NCBI GenBank assembly: GCA_965225945.1
Contig: CBDDBZ010000039.1
Coordinates: forward strand, 288,001-352,000
DNA: 64,000 nucleotides
Source of the DNA: Alphaproteobacteria bacterium
GTDB lineage: Bacteria > Pseudomonadota > Alphaproteobacteria > GCA-2731375
Reading direction: 5' to 3'
Part shown: piece after piece, positions 29,784-40,627 of the stretch
How the letters are laid out: every line of letters begins with the position of its first letter
How positions within the stretch are numbered: the first letter of the stretch is position 1
Made by a program: the position numbers and the translations under genes
Notes under the pieces: model-generated
The model's input: the letters and a program-made list of their open reading frames with translations, nothing else
Database searches by the model: none
What the model was told of the DNA's origin: nothing

Positions 29784-29965
29784 CACCAAATGCCGTCATG
29801 ACGCCAAATCCGTCGTTTCCGGCAGCCGCGAAAACCCGGTGTAAAATCGGTAAGCCTATGAACGGAGCCATCGGCCGCACGAGTCGTCGGGCCGGGCGAG
29901 GCGTGGCGACCCAGGGAAGGGAGAGGATAAGGGGACGCTTTAATTAACTTCATGAGGTTAGGTAA

Positions 29966-30990
29966 GGCTCAATTCGTGAATTGTATGCGTCACCTTGTTA
30001 CGGCGGCGGCGAGGCAGGCTCGGTCATTGGCGCCGGGGGCGAGGCCGACGAGGTGGAACCAGCTCAGGTAGTTGTCCAGATAGCGGGTGGCGATGCCGTG
30101 GCGGGGACGCAGGAAGTCCTTCAACCGGCTGTGGCGGCTGTTCACCGTCTGCACATGCAGATCGCCCCGAACCCGTTCCCCCATCGAGCGGTTGAGTGCT
30201 TCGTGGCTCACCCCGAGCGCGGCGGCGCACGGTGGGTAGCTCGCGCCGCCGTCGGAGACCAGCAGGGCGTCCTTCGCGACCACCGGGTCGAGGGCAGCCG
30301 TGAGCGCCGCCGCATCGACCCTGGGCAGCACCGCGCTGACCGTCGTTCCGCTCCGGTCCGCCGCCATGAGAACCGGTACCTGCTCGCGCGAGAGGCCGCG
30401 CTTCTTCGCCTTGCCGCCCCGCCGCCGTGCCTTGCGCCCCAGCCCGCGCGCGCCCTTCCGGCTCTCCAGGACGTAGGTCTCGTCCGCTTCCACGATCCCC
30501 TTGAGCACCTCCGAATCGCTCCGCGCCGCCGCCAGAAACCGGTGACGCCAGCGGAACGCCGTGCTCACCGCCACGTCGCAGCGCGCCGCCGACGCCTTCA
30601 CCGTCTCCCCCTTCGCCAGCGACGCCCCGAACGACAGCCAGCGTTCCTTGTGGTGCAAGCCCGACAGCGGCGTACCGCTCAGTGCGTTGAAGGTCCTGCC
30701 GCAGCCCTTGCACTGGTAGCGCCGCAGACCCCGCGCCATACCGCGCGAAACCGCCCCTTCGCTCGCGCAGTGCGGACAGCGCCGGGCCTCGTCCACACCA
30801 AGCTCGATCGCGGCCTTCGATGCCTCGCCCTCGCTCCGGCCCGACAGCACCGCGAGCGCCTCGCGCCGCTGCGCGCGCGTCAGCCCGCGCGCCGCCGAAA
30901 GCCACACCTGGAAACCCTTGCCGTCCATAACCCAACCTCCTGACGTTCCAGGCACTCTATCACTAATGCATACAATTCACGAATTGAGCC
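29966..30990 (-). mobile_element. IS1595-family insertion sequence
   Basis: 23-bp perfect IR ggctcaattcgtgaattgtatgc; 8-bp TSD TTAGGTAA. Confidence 0.95.
29990..30928 (-). CDS. IS1595-family transposase
   Basis: CPHC/CKGC zinc ribbon, VEADET, SDG, HVQTVN and YLDNYL motifs. Confidence 0.93.
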   Translation of the reverse strand: MDGKGFQVWLSAARGLTRAQRREALAVLSGRSEGEASKAAIELGVDEARRCPHCASEGAVSRGMARGLRRYQCKGCGRTFNALSGTPLSGLHHKERWLSFGASLAKGETVKASAARCDVAVSTAFRWRHRFLAAARSDSEVLKGIVEADETYVLESRKGARGLGRKARRRGGKAKKRGLSREQVPVLMAADRSGTTVSAVLPRVDAAALTAALDPVVAKDALLVSDGGASYPPCAAALGVSHEALNRSMGERVRGDLHVQTVNSRHSRLKDFLRPRHGIATRYLDNYLSWFHLVGLAPGANDRACLAAAVTR

Positions 30991-31612
30991 TTAGGTAAAG
31001 CGTCCCCTTATCCTCGTTTTCCTCGGGGTGGTTTGGCCGGGCGAGGCGTGGCGAGCCAGGGCCGCGCGCCCGGCACTTTGAAGCTTTGGCGCGGCCGCGA
31101 GAGAGTAAACCGGGGCCGCGATGCGCGGGTCGTGGCGCCACTCGGAGGGGAAGAAGGCTCGCGTGTCCGGGGGTGTTTTCGCTTCGCGACGTTGGTCGTA
31201 TTTCCGCCCTCGATGGCAGGCTCGATGATCCGGCGGGCGCCGCCGCACGTAAAGGCTGGCCCTACGGGCCACCGCTACGCGGCTCCGGCCTTGACTGGCG
31301 GCGTCGCTCACCTTTCCTGCTCCGCCATGCCGACAATGGCGTGGAGCGGGGGTAAGGAAAGGATATGCGATAGCGGTTATCCGGCGGGATCGAGGTCGAG
31401 GGAACACGATGGCCTCCTCTCCCCCTTACTTCTCATGGCGGAGCGTGGGAGCGGGGGGACGGGGGCTGTCAAGGTCGAAGCCGCGTAGCGGGGAGCCGAA
31501 GGCTCAGCCTTTACAGCCCCCGGCACCTCGCTCACCATCGAAGGCGGGAAGGGCTGGTGCCATTAACCTGTCGATCCGATGATTCGACTCCTCGCCGGCA
31601 GCTCGCACCGCC

Positions 31613-31720
31613 GTCAATCGCGAGGTGCTGCGCCGTGGCGATCCAGGCGGCTTCGAAGCCGCCCGGATACGTCGACATCTTTCGCGTGGCTCTGGATCGC
31701 CACGCTTCGCTTGCGATGAC
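31613..31720. repeat. Palindromic intergenic element (RPE/REP-like)
   Basis: cgtggcgatccag (31634) pairs with ctggatcgccacg (31692); outer gtca.tcgcgag / cttgcgatgac. Confidence 0.6.
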
Positions 31721-31845
31721 GTCCGTTGTGGCGGACAGGTAAGTTCATAAGCTCGCCGGTATGAAACGGAGCCCTCCAAGCCGACCACGATCCCGCCCCA
31801 CCCGTTTAGTTAGAGAGCAATGCAATCAATTACAATTAACGGGCG

Positions 31846-32910
31846 ATGATGAAGGTATTGATCGTGGGGGCCGGGCCGGCGGGTTTGACCACGGCGGTCG
31901 AACTGGCTCGCCGGGGCATAGTCGGCGACGTTATCGACTTACGGGAAAGCGAATCCGGCTTATCCCGGGCGGTCGGTATCATGCCCGCAAGCCTCGAGAT
32001 TTTGCGACCCTCCGGCGTTACGGATAAATTGCTCGCGGAGGGAATGAAGTTCCACCAAGTTCGTATCTATCGCCATTCGTCTCTCGTTCTGGCTTTAACG
32101 CTCGAGGTCAGCGGGGCGGACGGGGAGTTTATCTTGGGCCTCGCGCAAGATCGCACGGAGACACATTTGCGAGACGTTTTGTCTGAACTCGGTGGCGCGG
32201 TGCGTTATGGGACCGAGTTGGTCGATCTTCACCAAGACGCGAATAAAGTAGCGATAGAAATGCGAGATGGCGCCAAGGCCGAATATGATTATGTGGTTGG
32301 CGCCGATGGGGCCCGCAGTACAACGCGCGAATTGCTGAATATCGATTTTCGGGGATATGATCTGCCTGAAACATGGTCCATCGCGGATGTGGACGCCGAA
32401 GGCTGGCCCCACACGAACACCTTCACCGTTTGCCAGTTGGGTGGGGGTGATGTGGTCGTGGTGGCGCCGCTCGAGCCCAAACGGTTACGGGTCGTTTCCA
32501 ATACCGAGGATGCTCTCGCCGCGCTTCCGTTGAAATTGAATGTCACGAACGTTCGACGTGCGGGCGCGTTCCGAATAGCCGTTCGCCAGGTCGCCCAATA
32601 TGGCGTCGGCCGGGTCTTTCTGGTCGGTGATGCCGCCCACTGCCATTCGCCGGTCGGTGGCCGGGGGATGAATCTCGGCATTGCCGATGGCGCCGAGCTG
32701 GCACGCCGTATGGTCGAAGGCGGATTGGAAGGCTATGGCGAAGCCCGTCATGAGGTGGGTAGGAAAATCATTGCCGGGAGTGAAGCCGTCCGCAAGCTCA
32801 TGACCTCACGCAATCCGGTCACGCGGTTCCTTGTTCTTGCCGTTTTACGAACCGCGTCCGTCATGCCGACGTTACAGCGTCAGTTTGCCAGGAAAATCCT
32901 ATATGGTTGA
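31846..32910 (+). CDS. FAD-dependent monooxygenase (FAD_binding_3)
   Basis: GAGPAG, GADGARS and GDAAHCHSPVGGRGMNLGIAD; lower GC than the core genes. Confidence 0.92.
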   Translation: MMKVLIVGAGPAGLTTAVELARRGIVGDVIDLRESESGLSRAVGIMPASLEILRPSGVTDKLLAEGMKFHQVRIYRHSSLVLALTLEVSGADGEFILGLAQDRTETHLRDVLSELGGAVRYGTELVDLHQDANKVAIEMRDGAKAEYDYVVGADGARSTTRELLNIDFRGYDLPETWSIADVDAEGWPHTNTFTVCQLGGGDVVVVAPLEPKRLRVVSNTEDALAALPLKLNVTNVRRAGAFRIAVRQVAQYGVGRVFLVGDAAHCHSPVGGRGMNLGIADGAELARRMVEGGLEGYGEARHEVGRKIIAGSEAVRKLMTSRNPVTRFLVLAVLRTASVMPTLQRQFARKILYG

Positions 32911-33158
32911 TTTGATATATGAAAACATGATTGGCCGATACCATTGACAAACGACCACCCTTCGCCGCCCGGCCTGTAGCATTTCCGGTTAAGAACGTGC
33001 TCACCACGAATGCATTCCTATAAGATATTGTAACTGCCCAGGTAGCTGATTTCGATGAGGCTGCGGATTGGGTCTCTGGGGGCAGATTTTGTGGGTTTGG
33101 GGCGCTGACGGCCTAGATTTCGTTTGACAGAGGGTGGTTGATCGATTCTAAGGATTCG

Positions 33159-34135
33159 ATGGATAGGGATGTTCTTGCCTTTTTGTCGAAAGACGAGCTG
33201 ATCGATGTGGTGCTGGCCCAAGGGTCGCGGCTCGCCGAGTTCGAACTCCGGCTTGGTGAACTCGAGCGCCGGCTTGGCCTGAACAGCACGAACAGCGGCA
33301 AGCCACCGTCGAGCGATGGATTGAACAAGCCACCGGCGGGTAAAAAGAAGCGCACCAGGAGCCTCCGTAAGAAATCGGCCCGCAAGCCGGGCGGGCAAAA
33401 GGGCCACAAGGGCGAGACCCTGCGCCAAGTCGCCGATCCCGACGCCACCGTCGACCATTATCCCGAGACGTGCCAGTGGTGTGGTTCGGGATTGACGCCG
33501 GATATGGCTACCGGCCATGGGGCCCGCCAGGTTTTCGATCTACCCGAGCCCCGGCCCCTGGTGGTCACGGAGCATCGGGCGCATCGCTGCCGTTGCGGGC
33601 ATTGCGGCACGTACACTCGGGCTTCTTTTCCCGTCGCCATCACCGGCCCGGTTCAATACGGCGCTCGGATCGGAGCCATGGTGGTCTACCTGTCGCACTA
33701 CCAACTCCTGCCCGAGGACCGCCTGGCTGAATTGATGAAGGATCTGTTCGGGGCGGAACTGTCTCCGGCGAGCCTCGCGCGGAGGGGCGGGAACAGCGCC
33801 GAGTCCGTCCAAGGCGTCGTCGATGTGATCCGCGAACTGGTGAAATCGGCGCCGGTCAAGCACATGGACGAGACCGGCTTGCGGATCGCCGGGCGGACCC
33901 AATGGTTGCACGTCGCCTCGACCGCGCGGTTGACCTTCTATCGGGTCTCGGAGCGACGCGGCAGCCTGCTCGGCGGAGTCGGCGGCATCGTCGTCCATGA
34001 CCACTGGAAGCCGTACTTTACGATGGAGGGCGTACGGCACGCGCTGTGCAACGCCCATCACCTGCGCGAGTTGCAAGCCCTGATCGAGATCGAGAAGGAG
34101 GGCTGGGCACGCAAGATGCAGAGACTATTGCGCCG
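33159..34135 (+). pseudogene. IS66 transposase, 5' part
   Basis: NSTNSGKPPSSD, PGGQKGHKG, DETG and CNAHHLREL motifs. Confidence 0.9.
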
Positions 34136-35358
34136 CACAGTACACGACTCGTTCATGCTGGCTTTGGCCTGGGCACCTGGACTGGTGGTTTTCCGGGGAC
34201 GAGGAAACGAATCAGCTCAATGGCTTGACGCCTGTCGATAGGATTGACGAGCTGTCGCCTTATCCACTCGAAACCGTATCGGAAGATGGATTTTGCCATC
34301 CTTTTGTGGGTTTTGAGGCGGATCGGCTCGGCCTCGTGGAGCCAATCGCCGACTTTGTGCGCCCAGCAGAAGGTGATGGAAAGGACGGCGGTGAGCTTGG
34401 AGATGCGCTCCGGGTCGGTCATGTGGGTGTCTTCGAGGTTGAAGCCACGGGTTTTCAAGGCGGCGAAGAGGGTCTCGATTTGCCAGCGCTGGGCGTAGAT
34501 GGCCAAGGCCTCCTCGGGCGCGTCGTTGGTCACGACGATCAACAGTTCGCCGGTCTTGAGATGGAGCGCGGCGACGAAGACGGGCCTGGCCTTGGGTTTT
34601 CTGGCCTCCGAGAGGCGCCTGGCGTTGGAGAGGATGCGGCTTTCCCCGGGTTTGAGGTCGCGAAACAGCTCCCTCGCCTTGACCATGCGACCACGCGTGT
34701 TGGCGATCTTGATGTTGGATCGGATGCGGATGTGAAAGGGGATGGCCTTTTCCTGCAACCATGCCAGCCAGGCGTCGCCGATGAATTCCCGGTCGGCCAG
34801 GAGGCTGGCGATCTTGTCGACCCCGAAGAGCCGGAGGACGTGTTCGAGGATCGCGATCCGCTCCTTGGTATTGGAATTGCCCGCCTTGTCGAGCACCCGC
34901 CAGCACACGGGAATGGCGATGGCGCGGTTGACGATGCCGATCATCAAGATGTTGACGTCGCGGCGACCCAGCCGCCAGTTGGTCCGGTCCATGGTCAGCC
35001 GCCACGGCCCCGCCTGGAGCCCCATCATCGCGACCAGGAACTCGGCGAGGCGATCGTAATCGAAATCGACTTGCTCGAAAAACCGTTGCAGGCGCCGATA
35101 GTTGGAGCTGGATCGCGCGCGCCCCGGAAAGTGGCAGGCCAAGTGAGAGAGGTTCACCGTCCGGGCGACGAACACGCCGAAGACCAAGACGCAAAGGCTC
35201 TCCAGACGGCTCTTGCGAAAGGCGAAGCCGCATCGTAGCGTCTCACGCAGGGCGTTGATCGGGTTGTCTCGCATGATTTCCCTCTTGACTCGTCGTGGAG
35301 TGAATCGGGAATCCTACAACCTTTTCAACGTCCTACGTAAATGCCGTCGTGTACCATG
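34136..35358 (-). mobile_element. IS4-family insertion sequence
   Basis: IR CACAGTACACGAC/CATGGTACACGAC; 9-bp TSD ATTGCGCCG. Confidence 0.9.
34153..35274 (-). CDS. IS4-family DDE transposase
   Basis: MDRTNW, ADREF and YAQRWQIETLFAALKTRGFNLE (YREK motif). Confidence 0.92.
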   Translation of the reverse strand: MRDNPINALRETLRCGFAFRKSRLESLCVLVFGVFVARTVNLSHLACHFPGRARSSSNYRRLQRFFEQVDFDYDRLAEFLVAMMGLQAGPWRLTMDRTNWRLGRRDVNILMIGIVNRAIAIPVCWRVLDKAGNSNTKERIAILEHVLRLFGVDKIASLLADREFIGDAWLAWLQEKAIPFHIRIRSNIKIANTRGRMVKARELFRDLKPGESRILSNARRLSEARKPKARPVFVAALHLKTGELLIVVTNDAPEEALAIYAQRWQIETLFAALKTRGFNLEDTHMTDPERISKLTAVLSITFCWAHKVGDWLHEAEPIRLKTHKRMAKSIFRYGFEWIRRQLVNPIDRRQAIELIRFLVPGKPPVQVPRPKPA

Positions 35359-35570
35359 ATTGCGCCGTGTCAATCGGCGTTGAACATTGACCCCCTATCG
35401 GCGTGCAATGTTGACCGCTTTGGGGATGCACGGCGGAGGTCGTACAGGTAGTCCATAGGAGGGGCCCGCGCGCGGGCCGACGCGCCCACCACGCGGCTGG
35501 CGGCGGACCGCGCGTGGGAGGTTCCTGTGGGCCCACCTGGGCGACCGGGCCGCAGGTGGATCGGTTGCCT

Positions 35571-36299
35571 TTAGGACCGATTCTTGAAGCGCCAGGAGTC
35601 GTTTCCGGTCTCGATGATCTCGCAGTGGTGCGTCAGACGATCGAGGAGCGCGGTGGTCATCTTGGCGTCGCCGAAGACGGACGGCCATTCGCCGAAGGTC
35701 AGGTTGGTGGTGACGATGATCGAGGTGCGCTCGTAGAGCCGGCTGACGAGGTGGAACAGCAGCTGGCCTCCGGTTTGGGCGAAGGGCAGGTAGCCGAGCT
35801 CGTCGAGGATGACGAGGTCGCGCCGGGCCAGCTGATCGGCGAGCCGGCCCTGGCGGCCGGCGCGGGCTTCGGCCTCGAGCCGGTTGACCAGGTCGACGAC
35901 GTTGAAGAAGCGGCCCCGGGCGCCATCGCGGATGCAGGCCCGCGCGATGGCGACGGCGAGATGGCTCTTGCCGGTGCCGGTGCCGCCGATCAGCACGGCG
36001 TTGCGCTGGTTGGCCAGGAAGCCGCCGACCGCCAACTCGCGGACCAGCGGCTCGTTGACCGGGGTGTCGGTGAAGTCGAAGTCGGCCAGCTCCTTGGCCA
36101 GCGGCAGCTTGGCGCCACTCATCTGGTACTTGATGGATCGCGCCTGCTTGTCGGCGATCTCGGCCTTCAACAGCTCGCCGATGATTCGCTGCATCGGATG
36201 CTGGCGCTTGAGGCCGTCGGCGAGCACCTCGTCGAACGCGTCGCGCATGCCGGCGAGCTTGAGTGCGGCCATCATCTCCAGGACCTCATGGCGCTCCAT
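35571..36299 (-). CDS. istB: IS21 helper ATPase
   Basis: [20 protein letters not shown] and LLDRLTHH motifs. Confidence 0.95.
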   Translation of the reverse strand: MERHEVLEMMAALKLAGMRDAFDEVLADGLKRQHPMQRIIGELLKAEIADKQARSIKYQMSGAKLPLAKELADFDFTDTPVNEPLVRELAVGGFLANQRNAVLIGGTGTGKSHLAVAIARACIRDGARGRFFNVVDLVNRLEAEARAGRQGRLADQLARRDLVILDELGYLPFAQTGGQLLFHLVSRLYERTSIIVTTNLTFGEWPSVFGDAKMTTALLDRLTHHCEIIETGNDSWRFKNRS

Positions 36300-36486
36300 G
36301 GCCGACCCCCCTCAAGCGGTCGTAGCGGGTGCAATCGGCCACCGGCTCAAAGCGAAGACGCAGGTTCGCGGGCGTCGGGATCGGCGCCGTCTCGGACGGC
36401 TGGCGCCGACGATTGAGGATGTTGAGCACGACGTCGGCGCTGCACACGCCGCCAGCGAGCGCCTCGGCACAGGCGGCCTCCACCGC
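36286..36486 (-). pseudogene. istA: istA, 3' fragment
   Basis: EAACAEAL...[10 protein letters not shown]; rejoins 40628-41944 in frame once the insert and one TSD copy are removed. Confidence 0.88.
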
Positions 36487-36599
36487 TGTTAGCGGTGGTT
36501 CCAGGGTGCGCTTATATGGTGCTCTTTTTGAGCGGTCGGTGGCGGTTGGCTGACGGGATGCTTTTGGGCTTGGCTGATTTTGTTTCGCGCTGTGGCTAT

Positions 36600-37496
36600 T
36601 CAGTCGAGGGGCCGGTCATCGATCTGGAGCGGTTCGCCGGCGCGGTCGCGCATGAGCATGTCGTTCCAGTCCAGGCCGTCGAGGGCAGGGCGCAGGCGGA
36701 CGACCCTGCTGTCGTTTCGGATGAGCCGTGCCGCGGCGTCATCGCCCTGGCGGGTGGCGTCGTAGGCGCAGAAGATCCGGCCGGGGTTCCAGGCCTCGAT
36801 CCATTCGGGGAGGCTTGCGGTGGCGCCGCCGGTTGAGACCACGGCGCATCCCTTGCGCCCGGCCGGGACGAGGTGGAGGGAGAGGACCGACAGGGCGTCG
36901 ATTGCGTTCTTGGCGAGGATGACGGAGTTCGGCCAGTCGGGTTCCCACGACATCCAGAAGCCGCCGCGCGCGGCGGCGCCGGTCGGCGCGAGGCGGCGTG
37001 GCGCCGCGGCAGGGACGATCTCGGCGCCGAGAGCCTCGCCGGCCGCGTTTCGGCGGACGAACACGGCGTTGCCGTGGCGGTCGGCGTAGAGCAAGCCGAG
37101 GTCGCGGCACAGGGCGACGAGCACATCCGCGAGGCCGCGCTGCTCGACGAGGTAGCTCTGGATGGCGGGCCAGTGGCGGTCCGGGCACGGCGGCTTCGGG
37201 TGGCGATCGGCCGGGAACCGGTCACGGCACGGCAGTTCCGAGAAGAAGCCGAGGGCCTCGGGCACGGTGCACCGGCAGGCATGGATTACCAGGTCGATCG
37301 CTCCGCCCCCGCCCTCGCCGCGCAGATGTTCGTAGAACATAAAGCCGTTGATGCTGATGACGGATCCGGGACGCCTCCAGCGCGCGGCATCGGTGGGATC
37401 GCGGCGGTAGCCGAGGCGGCGGACGACGTCTTCGAGGGGATAGCCTCGCAGGGCCTCGGCCCGCACCCGCCGGTCCCAGAGGCGGGGACCATCCAT
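36600..37496 (-). CDS. DUF3991/Toprim primase-like protein
   Basis: GGGAIDLVIH, YLVEQRGL, AIDALS, FCAYD...GD and DWNDML motifs; starts 2 nt after the istB stop. Confidence 0.8.
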   Translation of the reverse strand: MDGPRLWDRRVRAEALRGYPLEDVVRRLGYRRDPTDAARWRRPGSVISINGFMFYEHLRGEGGGGAIDLVIHACRCTVPEALGFFSELPCRDRFPADRHPKPPCPDRHWPAIQSYLVEQRGLADVLVALCRDLGLLYADRHGNAVFVRRNAAGEALGAEIVPAAAPRRLAPTGAAARGGFWMSWEPDWPNSVILAKNAIDALSVLSLHLVPAGRKGCAVVSTGGATASLPEWIEAWNPGRIFCAYDATRQGDDAAARLIRNDSRVVRLRPALDGLDWNDMLMRDRAGEPLQIDDRPLD

Positions 37497-37498
37497 GG

Positions 37499-38287
37499 CT
37501 ACGCCGGCGGCGGTTCCCCGCGGTCCTGCACGCCGGCCTTGCCGGCTCGCCGCCGGCGGCGCTCGGCGCTGCGCTGCTTCTGGCGTTCCTCGGCCTCCTT
37601 GCGGCGCCAGGACTCGGCGTCGATGGCGATGATCTCGGCGTTGTGGACGAGGCGGTCGACCAGGGCGACGAGGCAGGCGGCGTTGGGGAAGGCCTCACCC
37701 CACTCGGCGAAGGGCCGGTTGGTGGTGATTATGGTGGAGTTCTGCTGGCTGCGGCTGGAGACGATGTTGAACAGCAGATCGGCATGGCGGTTGCTGTAGG
37801 ACAGGTATCCGACCTCGTCGATCACCAGCAGGTGCTGGCGGGCGTAGAAGCGCAGCCTGCGCTGAAGCAGGGTGTCGCTGTCGAGGGCGGCGAGCTCGCC
37901 GAGCATGCTGGCCGCGGTGGCGAAGCGCACGGTGTGGCCCTCGAGGACGGCGCGGTGGGCGATATTGGCGGCGATGGTCGACTTGCCGACGCCGTTTGGG
38001 CCGACCAGGACGACGTTGGCGGCCTCGTTGAGGAACTCGAGGCTCATGAGATCCTCGACGGCCATGCGGTCGCAGCGGCGCGGCCATGCCCAGTCGAAGT
38101 CGGCGAGCGGCTTGAACTGTCCGAGGCGGGCGTCGCCGAGGCGGCGCTTGAGGCTGCGGCTTCGCCGTTCCTCCTCTTCCCAGGCGACCAGCGCAGCGGG
38201 CCAGTCATGCCCGGCGACCTCGCCCCAGTGGGCGGCGAGGCCGTGCAGGCCGAGCGCCCGGGCACGGCCCATGAGGGTATCGTTCAT
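37499..38287 (-). CDS. istB: IS21 helper ATPase
   Basis: Same as 18821-19609 apart from two substitutions noticed. Confidence 0.95.
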   Translation of the reverse strand: MNDTLMGRARALGLHGLAAHWGEVAGHDWPAALVAWEEEERRSRSLKRRLGDARLGQFKPLADFDWAWPRRCDRMAVEDLMSLEFLNEAANVVLVGPNGVGKSTIAANIAHRAVLEGHTVRFATAASMLGELAALDSDTLLQRRLRFYARQHLLVIDEVGYLSYSNRHADLLFNIVSSRSQQNSTIITTNRPFAEWGEAFPNAACLVALVDRLVHNAEIIAIDAESWRRKEAEERQKQRSAERRRRRAGKAGVQDRGEPPPA

Positions 38288-39789
38288 TGCTCGCTGTCCT
38301 CCTCGGGTTCGCCGGCCAGCCCGTCGTATCCGACGAGGTCGTGATCGCGGACAGTGATGTCGCGCACTCTCGGATCGCCGGGCAGTTCGACGGGGATGGG
38401 CGGGGGTTGGTGCCGCAGCTCGCGCCGCCGGGTCAGGCTCAGGCGCACGGCGTTGGGATGGGGAACGTCCCGCTTCAGGGCCTCGTCGATGGCCGCCTCG
38501 AGCTCGGCGGCGCCGTAGGCGTCGAGGAGGCGCAACAGGGCGGCGACGGTGGCGCCTATATAGCCGCCGCGCTGGGCGGCCTCGGCGAGCAGGCGCTCGC
38601 TGTTGGGCGCGGCCTGGACCAGCCGGTCCTGGCCGCGAAGGCGGCGGGCATGGCTCTTGCGCCTGACCAGCTCGGCGATGTGCTCGGGGTTCTCGATGCG
38701 GGCCGCCTTGTCGAAGCTGCGCGGATGGCTGGCGATGACGTCCACACCGTCGAGGATGCGCACCTCGTCGAGCGTCGCGACCACGACGAGGGTGCGCCGC
38801 ACATGGGTGTGCGGCACGCTGTAATCGTTGAGATCGAAGCGGGCGTAGGGGGTCTTGCCGATGGCGACCTCGACCCGGTCGTGGTCGGGGAAGGGATCGC
38901 CGGGCAGCGCGATGAGAGAGCCGCGTTCCCGCTCGAAGGCCTCGCGCACGGTGATCGAGCGGTCTTCGGGCCAGGGGCGGTCGGCGGCGATGCCGTGGCA
39001 CCAGGCCAGGGCCTGGGCGTTGAGATCGTCGATATCGCGCCACCGGCGGGCGGCGAAGAAGCTGGTCCGGACATAGCGAATCGCCCGCTCCACGCGCCCC
39101 TTCTCGTTGCCGCGCGCGACCGCGACGGGCTTGGGCAGGAAGTGGTAGTGGCCGGCGAGGTCGAGGATCCGGGGATTGAACCGGATGGCGGCGCCGCGGC
39201 GCTCCAGCACGACGCTCTTCAGGTTGTCGTACCAGAGCTCGCGGGGCACGCCCTGCCACGCCTCGAAGGCTTCGACATGGCCGCGCAGGAAGTTGCTCAT
39301 CCCGGCGTCGAGGTAGAAGCGCAGGAAGATCCGCCGCGAGTAGCTGAGAACCATCACGAAGCCCATCAGGCGGCGCTCCGCGCGGCCGATCGTCACCTTG
39401 CCGAAGTGTCCCCAGTCGACCTGGGCCTGCTCGCCGGGAAGGGTCTTGAGGCGCAGATAGGCCTCGGCCACGGGCCTGGGCCTGAAGTGGCTGAGCAGAT
39501 GACGGAAGTGGTCGCCGCCGCCCGGATAGCCGCGTTCGCGCACCATCTGGTAGAGCCGGCTGGCGGGCAGCGTCGGCCAGGATGCCAGCGTCTCGGCGAT
39601 GAACGGCACGTATGGATCGATCATCGACGGCCTGGGCGACCTCGCGTCCCGGGGCTCGCCGGCCGCGGTGAGGAGGCGCTCGACGGTGTAGCGATGCACG
39701 CCGAGCTGGCGTGTGATCGTGCCGACCGTCCACTTCTCGACGTGATACAGGCGCAGGATCTCCGCGCGGGTCTCCTTGTCGATGGTCAT
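38284..39789 (-). CDS. istA: IS21-family DDE transposase
   Basis: Protein identical to 17319-18824. Confidence 0.95.
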   Translation of the reverse strand: MTIDKETRAEILRLYHVEKWTVGTITRQLGVHRYTVERLLTAAGEPRDARSPRPSMIDPYVPFIAETLASWPTLPASRLYQMVRERGYPGGGDHFRHLLSHFRPRPVAEAYLRLKTLPGEQAQVDWGHFGKVTIGRAERRLMGFVMVLSYSRRIFLRFYLDAGMSNFLRGHVEAFEAWQGVPRELWYDNLKSVVLERRGAAIRFNPRILDLAGHYHFLPKPVAVARGNEKGRVERAIRYVRTSFFAARRWRDIDDLNAQALAWCHGIAADRPWPEDRSITVREAFERERGSLIALPGDPFPDHDRVEVAIGKTPYARFDLNDYSVPHTHVRRTLVVVATLDEVRILDGVDVIASHPRSFDKAARIENPEHIAELVRRKSHARRLRGQDRLVQAAPNSERLLAEAAQRGGYIGATVAALLRLLDAYGAAELEAAIDEALKRDVPHPNAVRLSLTRRRELRHQPPPIPVELPGDPRVRDITVRDHDLVGYDGLAGEPEEDSEQ

Positions 39790-40226
39790 CTCACCCCCTT
39801 TCCCGTCGGGCGCAGCCCCGGATAGACCGCCTGCCCGCAGAACCGGCCGCAGCGATCGCAGCGGAAGACCCTGGCGGGCCGCTCGTGCCCGAAGGGCCGT
39901 GTTCCGGGACGCCCTGCCGGCGTCCGCGCCACAACAGGACGCCGCCGCGCGGCGGTCAAAGGGTGATGCGTCACTTCCTGCCCGCGGCGCCGATTCACCG
40001 GCGTCCGGCGCCGCCGGCGTTCGCGATAGCGCCGCTGGCGCTCAGCATGCTTGTGACGGCCCCGCCGGCTGTTCTGGTAGCGCTGCCCGGCATGGCGCTG
40101 CGATCGCCGGCGCACCCGATCGCTGCAGCTCCGTGAACAGTAGATGTTGCCGTGGTCGCAGTGCCGGCAGAGAACCACCTGTTGATGGCACGAGGCGCAG
40201 TTGAACAGGCGGGCGGTGTTCTTCAT
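39786..40226 (-). CDS. Cys-rich putative zinc-finger protein (element ORF1)
   Basis: Protein identical to 16882-17322. Confidence 0.75.
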   Translation of the reverse strand: MKNTARLFNCASCHQQVVLCRHCDHGNIYCSRSCSDRVRRRSQRHAGQRYQNSRRGRHKHAERQRRYRERRRRRTPVNRRRGQEVTHHPLTAARRRPVVARTPAGRPGTRPFGHERPARVFRCDRCGRFCGQAVYPGLRPTGKGVR

Positions 40227-40627
40227 CGCGCAGCCGATGAGAACGGGGTGGACCCACGCCCAAACCCGCACGATACTGCGCATATGGGTCGTGCCTTGCA
40301 TGGCTCGGGGGGTGCGGTGCCGGTCGTTGCCAGCAAGCAAACGGGGCCGGCGCCGCATCGTTCTCAGCGGCCCGAGTGTACTCCCGCGGCTCCCCTTGTC
40401 AGGTCCGCGGAACCGCCGCCGCCAGCCAGCCAAAACAGGAATCGAGACGCCCGCCCGCGGTGGATAAGCAGCCCGCCGCCGCCAGACTCTTGGCGGTCGC
40501 TGCGGCGGGCTACTTACCCACCGCTGCGCCGAGCCAACTCCCGCCTGCAAACCACGCAGCTACAGCGCCACGATGCCCGATGTCGCTGAAATCACCATCT
40601 AAGCGCGGTTTTTCATCGCCACCGACA

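Larger units (their letters stand above)
36487..40627 (-). mobile_element. IS21-family element with zinc-finger and primase-like passenger ORFs, copy 2 (intact, 4141 bp)
   Basis: Reverse-complement copy of 16481-20870; 6-bp TSD CACCGC. Confidence 0.95.
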
